A stretch of DNA of 64,000 bases from assembly GCA_965603825.1 (NCBI GenBank), contig CBFDEM010000015.1, positions 248,001 to 312,000 of the forward strand. The letters run 5' to 3'. Both the position numbers and the translations under genes were made by a program. Of the stretch, positions 11,988 through 24,959 are shown in pieces. Origin of the DNA: Blepharisma stoltei ATCC 30299. Its lineage: Eukaryota > Protista > Ciliophora. The notes under the pieces were generated by a model. It did no database searches. It saw only the letters and a program-made list of their open reading frames with translations, and was not told the origin of the DNA. Position 1 is the first letter of the stretch; every line of letters begins with the position of its first letter.

Positions 11988-13709
11988 ATGGAGCAACGCA
12001 TTGACTTATCAGATGTTATTGATTTTACTATTTCAGATCAATCTCCAATTACTAGTAAGAATCAAAAAAACTCAGAACTTTTTGTACTCACAATTGAGAT
12101 AGGAAATGATAAAAAAGAAAAGTTAATTATCCATTCAAATGACGATCCTTCAACTATAGCCAAAAAATTCGCAAAGAAAAATTGTTTAAACGAAACTGTA
12201 GAGAAATCATTAACAAAATTAATTAAATCAAATAAAGAATTGATAGAAAATCGTGCAATATCCACTTCACCTGACATGATTAAGTTAGAAGAACTTTTAT
12301 CAACGCCAACTAAATCGCCTCAAAATGAAACTGATTTAAAAAATATTATAAATAAAGAACACACCCCACAAATCGACAAAAATTCTAGGGAAATTGCAAA
12401 AAGGCTGAATAATCAAGATGTTTATACTAGACTATACAAGCGGAATAAAAAAACTCCTCTGCAATCTCCATCACCAGAGACTGAGCAAAAAACAAGACCT
12501 TCATCTATTAATCATGGAGAATGGCTTTATGCAAATGGAATTCGTAAGAAGGAAGAACTTAAAAAAAGTGCCGAAGAAATAAAAACACGAGATGAAGACA
12601 AAATAAGTGAAAATCCTTTCAAGCCAAAAGTCAACCCAGCGTCTACTTTGATGGTAAGAAGGAGTTTTGAAAGAACTGAAGATTTACTGATAGATAAAGC
12701 TAAAGATTATGAACAAAAGCTAAAAGATCTTAAAGAAGTTCTAATTAAGGAAGAGCTTAAAGAATGCTCTTTTACTCCAAAAATTATAGAAACTCCTAGA
12801 ACCAAAAGCAGAATCGTTGAAAAAGATTATTTATATAAAGATGCTGAGATAAGGCGAGCAAGAAGCAGCATAAATTCAGAGAAATCAATTACTTCATTGA
12901 ACAGTCCAAGAACGACTAACAAAACCACACCTAGCAATAGTAATGAAGTTTTTAGCAGGCTTTATAACACAAAATTTGCTTTTCAAACTAAAATGGAGCA
13001 TTTGCGGCACAATTCTGATGTCCTTGTAGATAAATCTACTGGCCAAGATTTTTTTCATCCACAAATTTTATCTAAAGATCGAGAAGATTTAGATATACCG
13101 ATTTGAGAGCATTTATATTCCCAGAAGGACAAGCAGGCATCAATAATTGAAAAAACAAATGAATTAAATGACGAATTTTGAAAAGCAACAGCAATGACAC
13201 CAAAATCAAGCGAAAATTCCAATGTTATATATGAAATATTTAAAGAAAAACAATACGAAAAATTATTTAATATCCTGGATTCTGATAAAGATGGATTAAT
13301 TTCAGGTAGCAATATATATAAAGACAGTTTAGACCCAAAAACAGCACAAAGCTTATCAGCATTTTTTAATGATTTAGAAATAAACAAAGAGATTCTTGAT
13401 TTCCAAAAGTTTATTGTAAAACTTGAGCATTTCATGAAAGCTATGACAGTTGAAGAAAAATCTTATATTTTGAAAAGAGACTCAAAAATTTACCAAAATA
13501 ACACCGAGAGGAAATCACTTGTTTGCTCAGGATCAGAAAGAATCATTAGAAAAAATGAAAAGGCAAGGCCTCAAGATCTTTATGAAAGATTAATGAGTGC
13601 TTCTAAATTAAAAGAAGATAAAATTAAAAAAATGAAGGAAATGAAAATAAATGGAGAAATGAGTATGTGTACATTCAAGCCAGTATTTATTAGTAAATCT
13701 ACTAAATAA
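11988..13709 (+). CDS. Uncharacterised protein with FxPKI-type repeats and an EF-hand-like segment (~573 aa)
   Basis: Two ORFs joined through TGA codons. Repeats PFKPKV, CSFTPKI, FFHPQI, CTFKP and segment LFNILDSDKDGLIS. Confidence 0.75.
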
Positions 13710-13716
13710 TAATTAT

Positions 13717-16700
13717 TTAATAATCATTTTCTTTATTTTCTTCTATAAACTTCTTCATTTCTTTATTTTCTTTCTTTAAAGCAGGTATTTGATGATTCAG
13801 TTGAGCTGAGTATTTTTTTAAATTTTTTATTTGCTGTCTTGTTTCTTTAATCCTGTCTTTTGATGAATTTCTCCCAACTGATTCAGCTTGATAGACAGCA
13901 CTTTCACATATAAAATCATAAATCTTTTTATCCATCATATTTTCAAGCATAACATCTGCTTTATCTAAACTAAAAACACTCCCAATCCTTTCTTCTTGCA
14001 TTAAATACCCTATAATTTCTGCTTCTTTTGAGCTATTTTGATTCATAAACATGCTAAACTTATAAAATTCATCTCTCCACAAGCTAAATCAAAACAAAAG
14101 TTTTTCGTCTTTTAATATTTTTTCTTTTTTCAATAAAACCTCTATTGGATCTTTGGCTGCTTTATAGCGCTCTATATATTTTTCCAAAGGACTTACAGTT
14201 TCATGAATTATTTTTTTCTTTTCAGCATGAGTTAAATTGCTTCAAAATTTGTCCTGATTTTCTTTATTTTGCTCTTCATTATTAGTTCATCAGCATCCTG
14301 TAGTAAATATCATTGTATTTCAAAGCATTATTTTTTCTTGTTCGTCAAACTGAAAAATTCCGATCCACATCGATAGCTTATCTTTTATAGAAGTTTTTTG
14401 CCATAAATTGATTAATTGAGGTGATAATTCAAAATCTCGATTTATTTCTTGGGTGTTTATCATGATTTCTGGAACATTATGAGAAATTAATAGCCTCTTC
14501 CAAATTCTCAATTTTTCATAAATGCACGCATTCAGCCATTCTTCGTCTGATAAAATAGACACTTCTTGCAAGGTCGCTGGCTCGATTATTATGTTATTAT
14601 GTTCTATCAAATCACATTTAATAGATGAAAACTTAACCATTTCTTCTAAATATGATAAATAGCTTGTCGATAAATAATTTACTCTTTTTGGGATTTCTTC
14701 GAGGCTGTATTGCTTGCTGTTTATTTCACTTTCTACATTACTTAAGATTTTTTCAGTCTCAATATCATTGATTTTTGAATCTTTATTTTCCATTATTTGC
14801 CAGTCCATGTATTTTTTCCCTTTAATCCTTGAGTGGATTACAAAAATTATTTTGCTAAAAAAACTTTTATTTTCTTTATCATTTCTGTGTTTTAGAGTGC
14901 TGTAATGTGCGGCAATAATTGCTATAAAAATGTTTAATAAGAGTAGATTGAATATTAAAATCATTGATAGAAATACTATGCAACCACAAATACTATCTGC
15001 TGATAGCATACTAAAGCTGTTAAACTGTCCTATTAATATAATATAACTTGAAAAAAGCGACATTGAAAAGCTTGAAAATTCAGGCACCATATGGCCAACA
15101 AGCAAATAAGATGTCAGTGAGTATGATAGCAGTATAACTCAAAAGATAACTAAATAAAATCCTAAATCAAGCTTTGCTGAGTTTATCACATCAATGAAAT
15201 GACCAAAATGCTTTGTGAATTTGCCAAATTCAATTATTTTACAAAAAATGAAAATAGCGTTGACAGCCACAATTATCCTATAGTTATTCAGATGGGTGCT
15301 TATCTCTTCGAAGCCATTATAATAATTTACATCTTCTGCAGGGAGTTTAAAATTAGAAATATATTCATTAGTATAAATTCTGAAAACATAATAACGCATA
15401 ATAATAGACAAGATAACTGAAACCAATTCCATAGCTTTAAAAATTCCTTGTTTCATATACACAACTCAAGCTCTAAACAGCTGAAAGGCTATAGAGTGTA
15501 TCCAATAAAATAGATTCCTAGCTTTTCTTGCAAGAAAGCGAATAACATATTCAAATGGCCCTTCTGAAGAAATCTCTCCATTTATTATTTTTAATACACG
15601 TTTAACTGCATATTTTCCATTGTAATAATCTTTTCTATCCTGATTTAATTCCCTCAATATTCTATATCATTGAAATCCAACCCGTAGTAAATAGTAAAGA
15701 CTTATTAAATAAAAAGCAATCTCAGTCCCAAATGTTAAGCTAGATGATTCATAAATGTCCATTTCAATTGGATTTGAGGAGAAGCTTATACTTAATAATC
15801 CTGATACTGTATTTTGAAATGTTAGGTAGTTTAAAAGAAAAATGTTGGCATTTGTGTTGTAGAGGATTCATTCAATTATGAATTTATTTGTATTTTTACC
15901 TATTAGTTGGTCATTCTGGATTTGGAGAAAAAGATCAGTAAAATTGGAGCCTTTAATGAAGTCGATTTTATAACCTCCGATACCAGAGAAAGTATTTGAA
16001 TCTTCTGGCTCTAAGTATTTATAGATGATTCCAGTGCTGTTACCTATGAAATCTGTTTTGTATACTGGTAAATCCAAAGGCAAATAAAATGGGACTGCTT
16101 TTCGAGAAAAATCATTGTCATTAATGCTATAGTCATATCTCGTTAAGGTAATTCTTGCTATAGATTCTCCTATCCAAAAGTTTTGGCTCGCAACTGATTC
16201 GCTATTAAATAACGGCAAAATAACTTGCTGAAGAAAAGCATAAGCTGAGTCTTCATTTTTTATAGCTTTAAACGTCTGGTTTAAGTTTTTGTAAACAAAT
16301 TTTTGATTACTGATGCTATTGTACTGAGCTCTACTAAGATAATAAGATTCAGATATTTTCAATCGTGAGCCAACCATAGCAAGAAATATAGCTATATAAA
16401 TAACGGCAATCACTACGTTTAGCAAAAGGTAGAAATTGTAATTAACAAGATTTTCTAAATGGCTTTTAAGCTTTTCTTTTTTCTTTTTATTGGTTAATAT
16501 AATTCTTGCGCAGTTTTTAATATTTTTAAGATATTTCTCACGAGTAAGCAGTGATGTGCCTTTTCTTAGCATGGAAAGCTGAATTATATTATATTTAAAA
16601 ACTTGCAAAAAATCAACTTTATTTTGCTTGAGAATAAAATTTTCAAGGTTTTTCAATTTCGCATTGATTTCGTTTTGCTGATTTGCATCTGAAGTTACTA

Positions 16701-18405
16701 TTGAAGACAATCTTAAGTACTCAATAGAATCTTCTACAATAGTTGATTTATACCTAAAAAGGATTAAACTCAAAATTTTATCAAGAAATATTTTGCTGTT
16801 TTGCTTTAAAAGCATAGCTTTAGCTTCCACCAACAAATAATTTTTCTTCCTTAAATTGATATAAGTGCTCAACAAAATTGCTAAAAAGTTGTTTATTAGA
16901 ATAAATATTATGTAAAACACAAAAATAATAACAAAAACGCTATAAAGTTTTATATTTGCAATTGAAAGCTGTTTTATATCATATTTTCCAAAGGCTAAAT
17001 TAATTAGGGATAGAGCTGAATATCCTAGGGTTGAAAAGTCTGATAATTCTAGCCCAAATCCTAAGTTTCCCATTAAACTGATAGATATGATAATAAAACT
17101 TGTCAGAATTCAGAAATAAAGAATATCATGCTTTGCTGCTGAAATTGTATCGAACAGAATACCAAATGATGGGAATTTTTCTTCACATGCAATAAATACC
17201 TTGAAGCAGGTCAAAAGTACAGTTATTGAAATAACTCTTAATAAGGCTCTATATGATGCTGCATATTCTGCTAATGAATCGAAATCGTCTTCATTTGTTA
17301 TAGGAAGCTTATAATGGCCAATATTACATAAAACAATTTTAATAAATAATGATACTGCTGTAGTAGCCAAACAAATAGATAAAATATTCATAAAACCACT
17401 TCATGATAACTCTCATTTTAACCTTACTCACAATCTTATAGAAATCCAATGGAGATAGTCTAGCACTTCATAAATCTGTCAAATCAGCCCTGCAACATAA
17501 ATAGAGCCTATTAAGACAATAGCTATTTTAAATTTTGACCAAGTTTCATACATTTCTGGGAAAATTCCTAACACTCCAGAACTAACAGATAAATATCCAG
17601 AACTTTTAGCTTCGAAAACCTGATAGTAATTAAGAGTTGTTTCTAAGTTTGTATTGTGGATTAAAACCTCAGCGACTAAGCTATTAAACTCTGGGCTTCC
17701 AAATCACCCTGGCTTTATTTGTCTCCATTTTAACATAGCTTGATCCAAATCCATATTTAAAAAATACGATACATATCCTCCAGCCTTATTAAACCCCCCG
17801 TCATCTGTAAGTCTTCATGGAAATAGCTCTTTATCTGACTCTCCTGAGCTACTTTGATAAGGGCTTATGTCTGGGTTTTCTCTTACCATCCAGACTGCTT
17901 CTTTGTATTCTTCAAACGGATTTCTGACAACTTTTGCAATTTTTAACGTAAAGCGAACTCCAATCACATAGTTATAAATGTCTATATATTTATGATTAAA
18001 AGCACCCGGTAAGAATACTGATCTTATATAATTTTCTAAATCAAAGTGAGTTTGTATGTCTTCAAAAGATTTTGCAGTTGAGCCAATTAAAGGCTGACGC
18101 TCAAAATGATTTTGCATAAGAGTACTCATTCATGAAATCCTTTCTATACTATTTGTGTATATACATAAAAATATAAATAAAAATGAAACAGTAACAGATT
18201 TATAGATATGTCTTACATTTATCGGCTTACTTGTTAAAGACTCTTCAAAATCTTTTTCAGCTCTATTTATTTTATTTTCAATAGCTTGAAGCTCAGATTC
18301 TGATAATTGTATTTGTTTAATTGAGTCAGGAATTTTTAAGTTGAAGTCATGAATTTCTATAAAGTTATCCGGCTTTTCATTTTCGCTTTTGTTTTCATCA
18401 CTCAT
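13717..18405 (-). CDS. Polycystin-2/TRPP-like cation channel with two tandem channel modules (~1562 aa)
   Basis: Eight ORF fragments, all in one frame and separated by TGA. Two copies of TM1, an extracellular domain with GGY, TM2-5, pore and S6 (INNFLAILLSTY and LLNIFIAIIAAHY). Coiled-coil C-terminus. Confidence 0.82.
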
Positions 18406-18675
18406 ATGATAAATAATTAAATTCTCACATTTTTAATAAAATTCTGGTCAAAATTATAATAAAATATTATTGTACTAAATTATTAGAGAAAACCATAGAT
18501 ACTCGGTATATATTATTAGAATTGGGGTTGTCATAAAGAAATAACACAGAATCGATTTATCATCTTGCTAAAATTGCTTATTTTATGCTATTATTTAAAT
18601 AGAGATTCATTTATTATCATTTAAAACTTGCTCAAATGAAATTTTTTAATCTTAAAAGTCATCAACCTGTAAGCT

Positions 18676-19824
18676 TTATTTGTACAGTTTAACTAGATCT
18701 TGTATATTCTTTCTGCAAATAGGGCAGGTATTGCATTTTGATACACAGAAGCTGCAAAACATGTGTCCACAAGGATAGCAAGCTACGTTTAATTCTCTTG
18801 AAAAGCATATTTTGCATGCAGACTCCTCAGGGACTGGCTCAGTAGGCTCTTTTTCAGCAGGATTCATTACCGCTGACAATTGCGAGCTATCAGGAAGCTG
18901 GACTACAAGTACAGTTGACCCAATTTTAATAACGTCTCCTACAAGTAGTGGATAGGGCTCACTTTTTTGTCCTTCACCGCTCAATCTTCTCCATGTTCTG
19001 TTAGTTGATCCTACATCTGCTAAGTAGAAAGTCCCATTATCAAACGTAATTTTCCCATGGAATGAGCTCATTTGAGAATCTTCTCTTATACAATACGTAT
19101 TTGCAGTGTCCCTTCCAATAGTCAGTCCTTCAGAGTTTACATTTATGGTATTTTGCCTTGCGGGTCCTTCATATATAGCAAGCTCAAGGGCTGTGACTTT
19201 TCCATAAGGGTTATATCTGACGTTATTTACCTTAAATTCACTCAAGCCCATTTGGAACATCATGCCGAGATCAAGATGTAAAGGCTGCCTTACCATCAGA
19301 AAAGTCCCTGTTGTGCTGCCTGTATCTGTTAGTAAAAACTGGTTCGTTTGCTGGTTAAATCTAATTTCACAGTGTTTTCGACTCACAAAACTTTCACCTA
19401 TAACGATATCGTTAGATGCAGAATTTCTTCCGATAGAGGCGCCTTCGGCGCCGATAAGAAAAGTATTGTTTAAGAGCTGTCCTTCAACTGCTTTTAAAAC
19501 AAGCATTTCCCATTTGACTTCTTCAACTTCAGGAACAACAGCACGCGAATTTGCTTGCTGCTGAGAGTTGTCTTCTTGCTCTGGCTCTCTTGGGTCTGCA
19601 AGACAGCGATCTTTAAGTTTTTTAATATTTTCTAAAATTTTGAATCTATGAAGTCTAACAGGCACTTCTAAGTCATTCATAAGATCTGTGTCAGTCATTT
19701 CAAAAAGAAGCATCCCATCGATTGACAGACCTTCGAATTTTTGCTTATATTGCCCAAGCTCAAGAGAAACGAGCCAGTCTCCGACTTCTTTGACTCCCCA
19801 TGTATCAGGTCTATGTGATTCCAT
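18676..19824 (-). CDS. SAM-FHA-FHA-RING protein (putative E3 ubiquitin ligase)
   Basis: SAM (WGVKEVGDWLVSLELGQY..IDGMLL), two FHA (IGRNS..VSRKH..STTGT and IGRDT..MSSFH..STNRT), C-terminal C3HC4 RING (CKIC..PCGH..CSFC..CPICR). Confidence 0.9.
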   Translation of the reverse strand: MESHRPDTWGVKEVGDWLVSLELGQYKQKFEGLSIDGMLLFEMTDTDLMNDLEVPVRLHRFKILENIKKLKDRCLADPREPEQEDNSQQQANSRAVVPEVEEVKWEMLVLKAVEGQLLNNTFLIGAEGASIGRNSASNDIVIGESFVSRKHCEIRFNQQTNQFLLTDTGSTTGTFLMVRQPLHLDLGMMFQMGLSEFKVNNVRYNPYGKVTALELAIYEGPARQNTINVNSEGLTIGRDTANTYCIREDSQMSSFHGKITFDNGTFYLADVGSTNRTWRRLSGEGQKSEPYPLLVGDVIKIGSTVLVVQLPDSSQLSAVMNPAEKEPTEPVPEESACKICFSRELNVACYPCGHMFCSFCVSKCNTCPICRKNIQDLVKLYK

Positions 19825-20280
19825 AACAATATTTATATTTAATAAAAGCTAGCTTAACAATAAAAAGAGCTTCAGAAAATTGCTTAATTTGGACGAAATA
19901 AATGAAATAATTCAAATGGTAAGAAAATTTAAATATTATTGAGAAAATGGCTAATAATATTAGCTAAATTTTATTTAAATTCTTGAATGCTCTAAAGTAA
20001 ATTCATGGATAATAGAAATTAAAAGCCAACAGAAAATAGTTAATGGGCCAAGTAAGAACATGATGAATTCTAAAAAGCCTTAAATTTTATCATGTAGGGA
20101 CTTTACAACGTTAAAGAAGAGACTCCCTATTGAGCATAGGAATTAGCATCGCTTATCAGCATCAAAAAGCTAAACTTTTAAAATTATATTTCACAACATC
20201 TCATAAATCTGATTTTTATAGTTAATTATTTTTATATAAAATCCCACTTTTTTCATTTCCAAAGTTACTTAAATCTAAGC

Positions 20281-21000
20281 TTACATGATTACGTTAGAAT
20301 TAGATCGAAAATGCCTCAAATAATTTGGAGGCTTTGACATTGTTATTCTTGTTTCAGGTCTAGGTGGAACAGGTGAAATCCATCTAGAGTTTTCTTGAAC
20401 TTCATCCAAATCAAAAGGGGAACTGAAATTTCCTCGCCTTGAAAACTTTGGACTTTCTGAATCTAAAGGCATCAAATGTGTATCTTCAATGACTAAATCA
20501 TTGTATTCTAATTTAATTATCCTTCCTCTTTTGATCTCAATTGGCTCTCTAAATTGTGTCTTAGGATCACGATTTAATTCAGAAGTCAAGTCTGAATCAA
20601 GATAAACTTGTAAGCTTGGGTCAATTCTATATATAGGGGTGTTCGCTTTTGTGGAAGAATTTAAATCTGCAAGCTTGGGAGTATCAGGCTCTTTAATAGG
20701 ATTTTCTAAATCTTCAACAATAGTATCAGCCGTTGAGGATGTAGCTCCACTCAATTTTGCAAGCTTTGTAATAAATTTTATGTTTAAGAGTCTTCGGTGG
20801 CCTAGGCTTGGATTTTTGATTTTTGGCTTGGGAACAGGAGTAGGAATTATGGTTCGGGCATAAGGAGAAGCACTTCTTCTTGTACTCAGTACAGGTAAAT
20901 GCAAATCTTTGGTCATGCATTTACGATTTGGAGATGTCTTTCTTTTAGCTACTGATGGGAGACGTGTATTATGCTTGATTCTGTTTCTTTGTAAGTCCAT
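20281..21000 (-). CDS. Hypothetical basic, Pro/Ser-rich protein (239 aa)
   Basis: Uninterrupted ATG..TAA ORF with coding-like GC between AT-rich flanks. No recognisable domain. Confidence 0.7.
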   Translation of the reverse strand: MDLQRNRIKHNTRLPSVAKRKTSPNRKCMTKDLHLPVLSTRRSASPYARTIIPTPVPKPKIKNPSLGHRRLLNIKFITKLAKLSGATSSTADTIVEDLENPIKEPDTPKLADLNSSTKANTPIYRIDPSLQVYLDSDLTSELNRDPKTQFREPIEIKRGRIIKLEYNDLVIEDTHLMPLDSESPKFSRRGNFSSPFDLDEVQENSRWISPVPPRPETRITMSKPPNYLRHFRSNSNVIM

Positions 21001-21361
21001 TGGTTTTTATCATAAATATTGAATTATGATAAAAAAATAGTCTAGGGATGTGTAATGAAATCAGTAAAATAAGTAGGCCTATTTTTTGATTAAAAGTTCT
21101 AATAAAATACTTTTGAAAGAAATAATAATAAATGATTTTATGTGGGTATTTTAGTAATCTTAATCAGTCATATTTATATTGACTTTAATTAAATTTAACT
21201 TTAAAATGATATCATATGTATCAAAGAGTGAAGAAGGGTAAAAAGCTATTTTATGATATTATTTAACTACTAATCTCAAAAAAGCATAGTAAAATCTGTT
21301 ATTTTATGATGAATATTTTATTACGGCAATATAAAGGCTAAATAATTTCATGAATGTATGA

Positions 21362-24300
21362 TTAGTTAACCAAATTTAAAGCTGATCTTAGGTCATTGAA
21401 ATTTTTAGCAAAACGGTCACGATTTCTTGAGTCCATACTCCTAGCTATACCATTCATTAGCTTCGATAAAGCTTCATTTAAAATTTGTTGAGACTGGGGA
21501 TTATTTGTAGCTTTTGTAATTGAAAAATTTTTAATTTGCTCAAATGAATTTTCATTAATAATGAGAAGTCCTAATAGTGGCTTACTAAGAGTTCACATAT
21601 AATTGCTGTCTTCAGTTAAGATAATGTCCATTACCTGACTTAGCAAATCAGTTAAGCTTGAGGGGAACTCATTTAAGATTCTTTTTACAGCTTCAGTTTC
21701 TTGTGTGTTTTTAGCTCCAATTCGTATTATATAATCACAAATAAAAGTTGTAGCATTTGAAGCAGATAAACAATTTTTCATGTCTAAATGAAAATCACTG
21801 GTTGAGTTTAAGCCTTGGAGAACATAAAAAATTATTGTAGAATAGCATGAACTTTGAAGCTGAGTGAATACAGTCTTCAAATGGGATTTTGTCACTAGTT
21901 CAAGGAATTCATAAATGTTGTCAACTAGCTTGCTGAATGTCTAAATAAAAAATACAATTGCTTCAGATTTTGGGATTTTATCAAGCACTGAGAAGCACAA
22001 GCTTATTGTCTCAAGGAAGCACGTATCTCCATACACTTCAAAAACTCCGAAATTCACATAATTTCCACTTAAAAGCTTCACTACAAGCTTCAATATATTT
22101 TTTATCCTTTTATAAAAGATATTATAATTTTCTTGAGTAATTTGCTGCTCTATCAAAGACTTACAGCAAGATGCCAAAATGTGGCTTAAATTTTTGAAAA
22201 TAATAATACCATAAGCACATGCAACATCAAATGCTATTCTTGTATTTCTAGAAAATGCGAGCTCAGTAAGAAATCCTAATAAAGAATTAATGAGATTGTT
22301 GTTATACATGTAGTTTTGGACAGTAGTAAAAATAATTGAAATATTTCCTTCATAAAACCATTCGAAAAATTCATTATATAGCTTTGCATTGAAAAGCACC
22401 CCACAAATCCCTTTCAGCTCTTTATATAAAAATAGCAGCTCGGTCTCGTTAGGAGTCATCAATAATCGTTGGATTTGAGAGCCAATAGGCCTCAAGAAAT
22501 GAGTTAAGGGCTCTTGAACCTCTTCATTTGTCCATAGGTTGGCTAAGGCAAAATACAGTCTTTCACGGTATTTAGCATTTGTGGTGCATAATTGGTAAGT
22601 CTCATACTGAATCATCAAATTTTGGATTATATCAATTTTAACCAAAATTTTACTGCTATAGAAGCCTTTGGCTAGCCATTCAAACAATTCTAACGTCCAT
22701 CTCACTATTCTGCCTTCAGAGTATCTTGCCAAATTATGTATTAATTTATTGAGCAATGATTTTATAACGAATTTCAATGTTTCTTCAGCAATAATCTGTG
22801 CAGCTCCATCATCTACACCTCTTGATTTTTCATAGAAAATTCATATAGTCTCATGAGGGGAATTTATATATGATTTCGTCAAGGCTGTCATAAAATGAAC
22901 GATTGATGCTTCTAAGCATTCTAATGGATTGTACAAACTAGTTTGTGCTGCTAGTTGTAACACAAAATTAATCATTGGGCCATCTAGATGCTCTTCAGAT
23001 TGGTTTACCTTCTTTTCTCTTAAAGAAATTAAAGATGAAGCAATAAAAGTTAGCCAAGCTAATTTTACTTCGGAAGCTTCTAGGCTTAGGCCTTGAGATC
23101 TAGCTGAATCATATGAATTTAGAGCTGCAGAGTAATTTCTTTCTACCAAAACAACAAATTGTGGATAATAGTATTGGCAGAATTGTCCTATTTGTGTTAA
23201 TTGGTCTTTAAATTCATTTTCAAACTCTTCACTAAGTAGATCTGGAGCTGCATTGTTTAAGGTCGATTGCAAAAACAAATCAAACAGCTTTGGAAGGAAG
23301 AGCTCTATTTGGTTTCCTTGAGGAAGTTGATGATGGGCTTCATAAGCTAGATAGCTTCAAATATGAAATGAGCTCTCATATCCAGAATATATTGATTCTC
23401 TATTGGAGAACAATCCAGCAGAAAAATTTGCCAGCGCATTGATTCAGTTGTTAAAAGCTATCTGCTCGCAGCATTCTTTTAAGTTGAAATTTGAAAAAAA
23501 TCGCTTGCATGTGGTCATGTATTCGAATTTTGTGTCACCGCTTATATTTTTATTTGTTATGATATCAGCCAAAATCTTTAAATATTTTTGTTCATAATTA
23601 AATTTCCCTTCCTGATTATTTGCAAAAATGCTTTTCCTGATTGCTCCCATATGATTAAAGGCTCTCATTGCTAAAGATTCAACTTCATTATTTCCATTAA
23701 TAATCAGAAATTCTAAATAATCCAACGACACAGGATTTTCAAAGTGTCCTTTCCATGTTAAAGGAATTTGCAAGCACAAAGAATCTTCATTAGTTTCATC
23801 TGAGCAAATAGCTAAAAAATCAAAAGTCATAGAAAGTATTAAAACATTAAGAACTTCCATAATCAAGCTATTCGGGATTTCTTGTACTTTTGACAAAAAA
23901 TACACACACATTGCAAAGATCTTCTCCATTGCTTCATCTCTAAAGCTAATTGCAGTTCTTCTATTGACTGATAAAGGCCGGTTTTTAATTGGTTCTGACA
24001 TCTCATTGAGGATTTCCCCGAAGAATTTAAAGCCCCGCTCAGCGAAAAACAAATTTTGTTCAATGATTTGCTGTACAGAGCCGACCACATTTTTTATGGA
24101 ATCTGACTCAAGCCATCCTAATCTGCTTATTCTTGCTAGTGCTTTGGCTAGTCCTGTTATAACAAAACTTTGTCTGGGCTGCTGATCAAAAAGCATATTG
24201 GAAATTTCTTGATAAAGGATGTTTTTTTCTTCTTTAGAAAGCATCTTTCACTCTGATGGAAGGACTTTTGTTATTGCTCGAACTGTCAGAAAAATTAAAT

Positions 24301-24481
24301 TTGAGTTTTGCGAGATGTTTAGGATTGGGATCAAATTCTTGAAATTTTCTGAAGACTCTAAAACATTGCAGAGAGCTTGGCCTGCGTTAGATCTTTCCTA
24401 AATGATGTTTACTTGTTCGTTCTGTGCTGTGTAGAGTAAGTTGCTTAATGATTCAAGGTGGGAGATGTATTGCTCGTTCAT
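21362..24481 (-). CDS. XPO7: Exportin-7/RanBP16-like karyopherin (~1029 aa)
   Basis: ARISRLGW, RRTAISFRD, MTFDFL..DETNED..QIPLTW, KLAWL and LSGNYVNFGVFEVYGD. Joined through TGA codons and introns at 24398-24412 and 21941-21955. Confidence 0.9.
21941..21955 (-). other. 15-nt intron GTATTTTTTATTTAG
   Basis: GT..AG, A at position 10, removes an in-frame TAG. Confidence 0.85.
24398..24412 (-). other. 15-nt intron GTAAACATCATTTAG
   Basis: GT..AG, A at position 10, removes an in-frame TAG. Confidence 0.85.
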
Positions 24482-24959
24482 TTTTACTAATTAGTAAGTT
24501 TTGATATGGTTTTAGAAATAAGATGATAAAATAGAAAATACCTGCTGATGATGATGGTAGGAAGAATACATTTGGCAGCATATTAGCATGGGTAGTTCTA
24601 ATAATTTTAAACTAGGAACACTTAATTACATAAGCAAGCCTAAAGCATAATGAATAGGTTTGCTTACATTTTACACGAAATTCGAATTAAGTGTTTTTTA
24701 ATCATATTATATTTTTTGTATCAACTGATTGATTCAAATTGAAATAAGAAATATGTCAGTTCTTTTCTTAAAGTCTAAACATAAATAATATATAAAATTG
24801 TTATCGCATTGACTCATAAATGGTGGGATTCATAATATTCTATTTTATAATATTTATTAGCAAATTCAATTAATATTTAAATTATTTAAATTAGCAAATA
24901 AGCCTTATCCGTTATTATAATAAATATGTCTTACTATTGCAAATTTTAAATTAATAATC

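Noticed and set aside
20055-20215. Possible C/D snoRNA (ATGATGA ... CTGA)
   Set aside because: The boxes are about 140 nt apart, no terminal stem or rRNA-complementary guide was identified, and such matches are expected by chance in AT-rich DNA.
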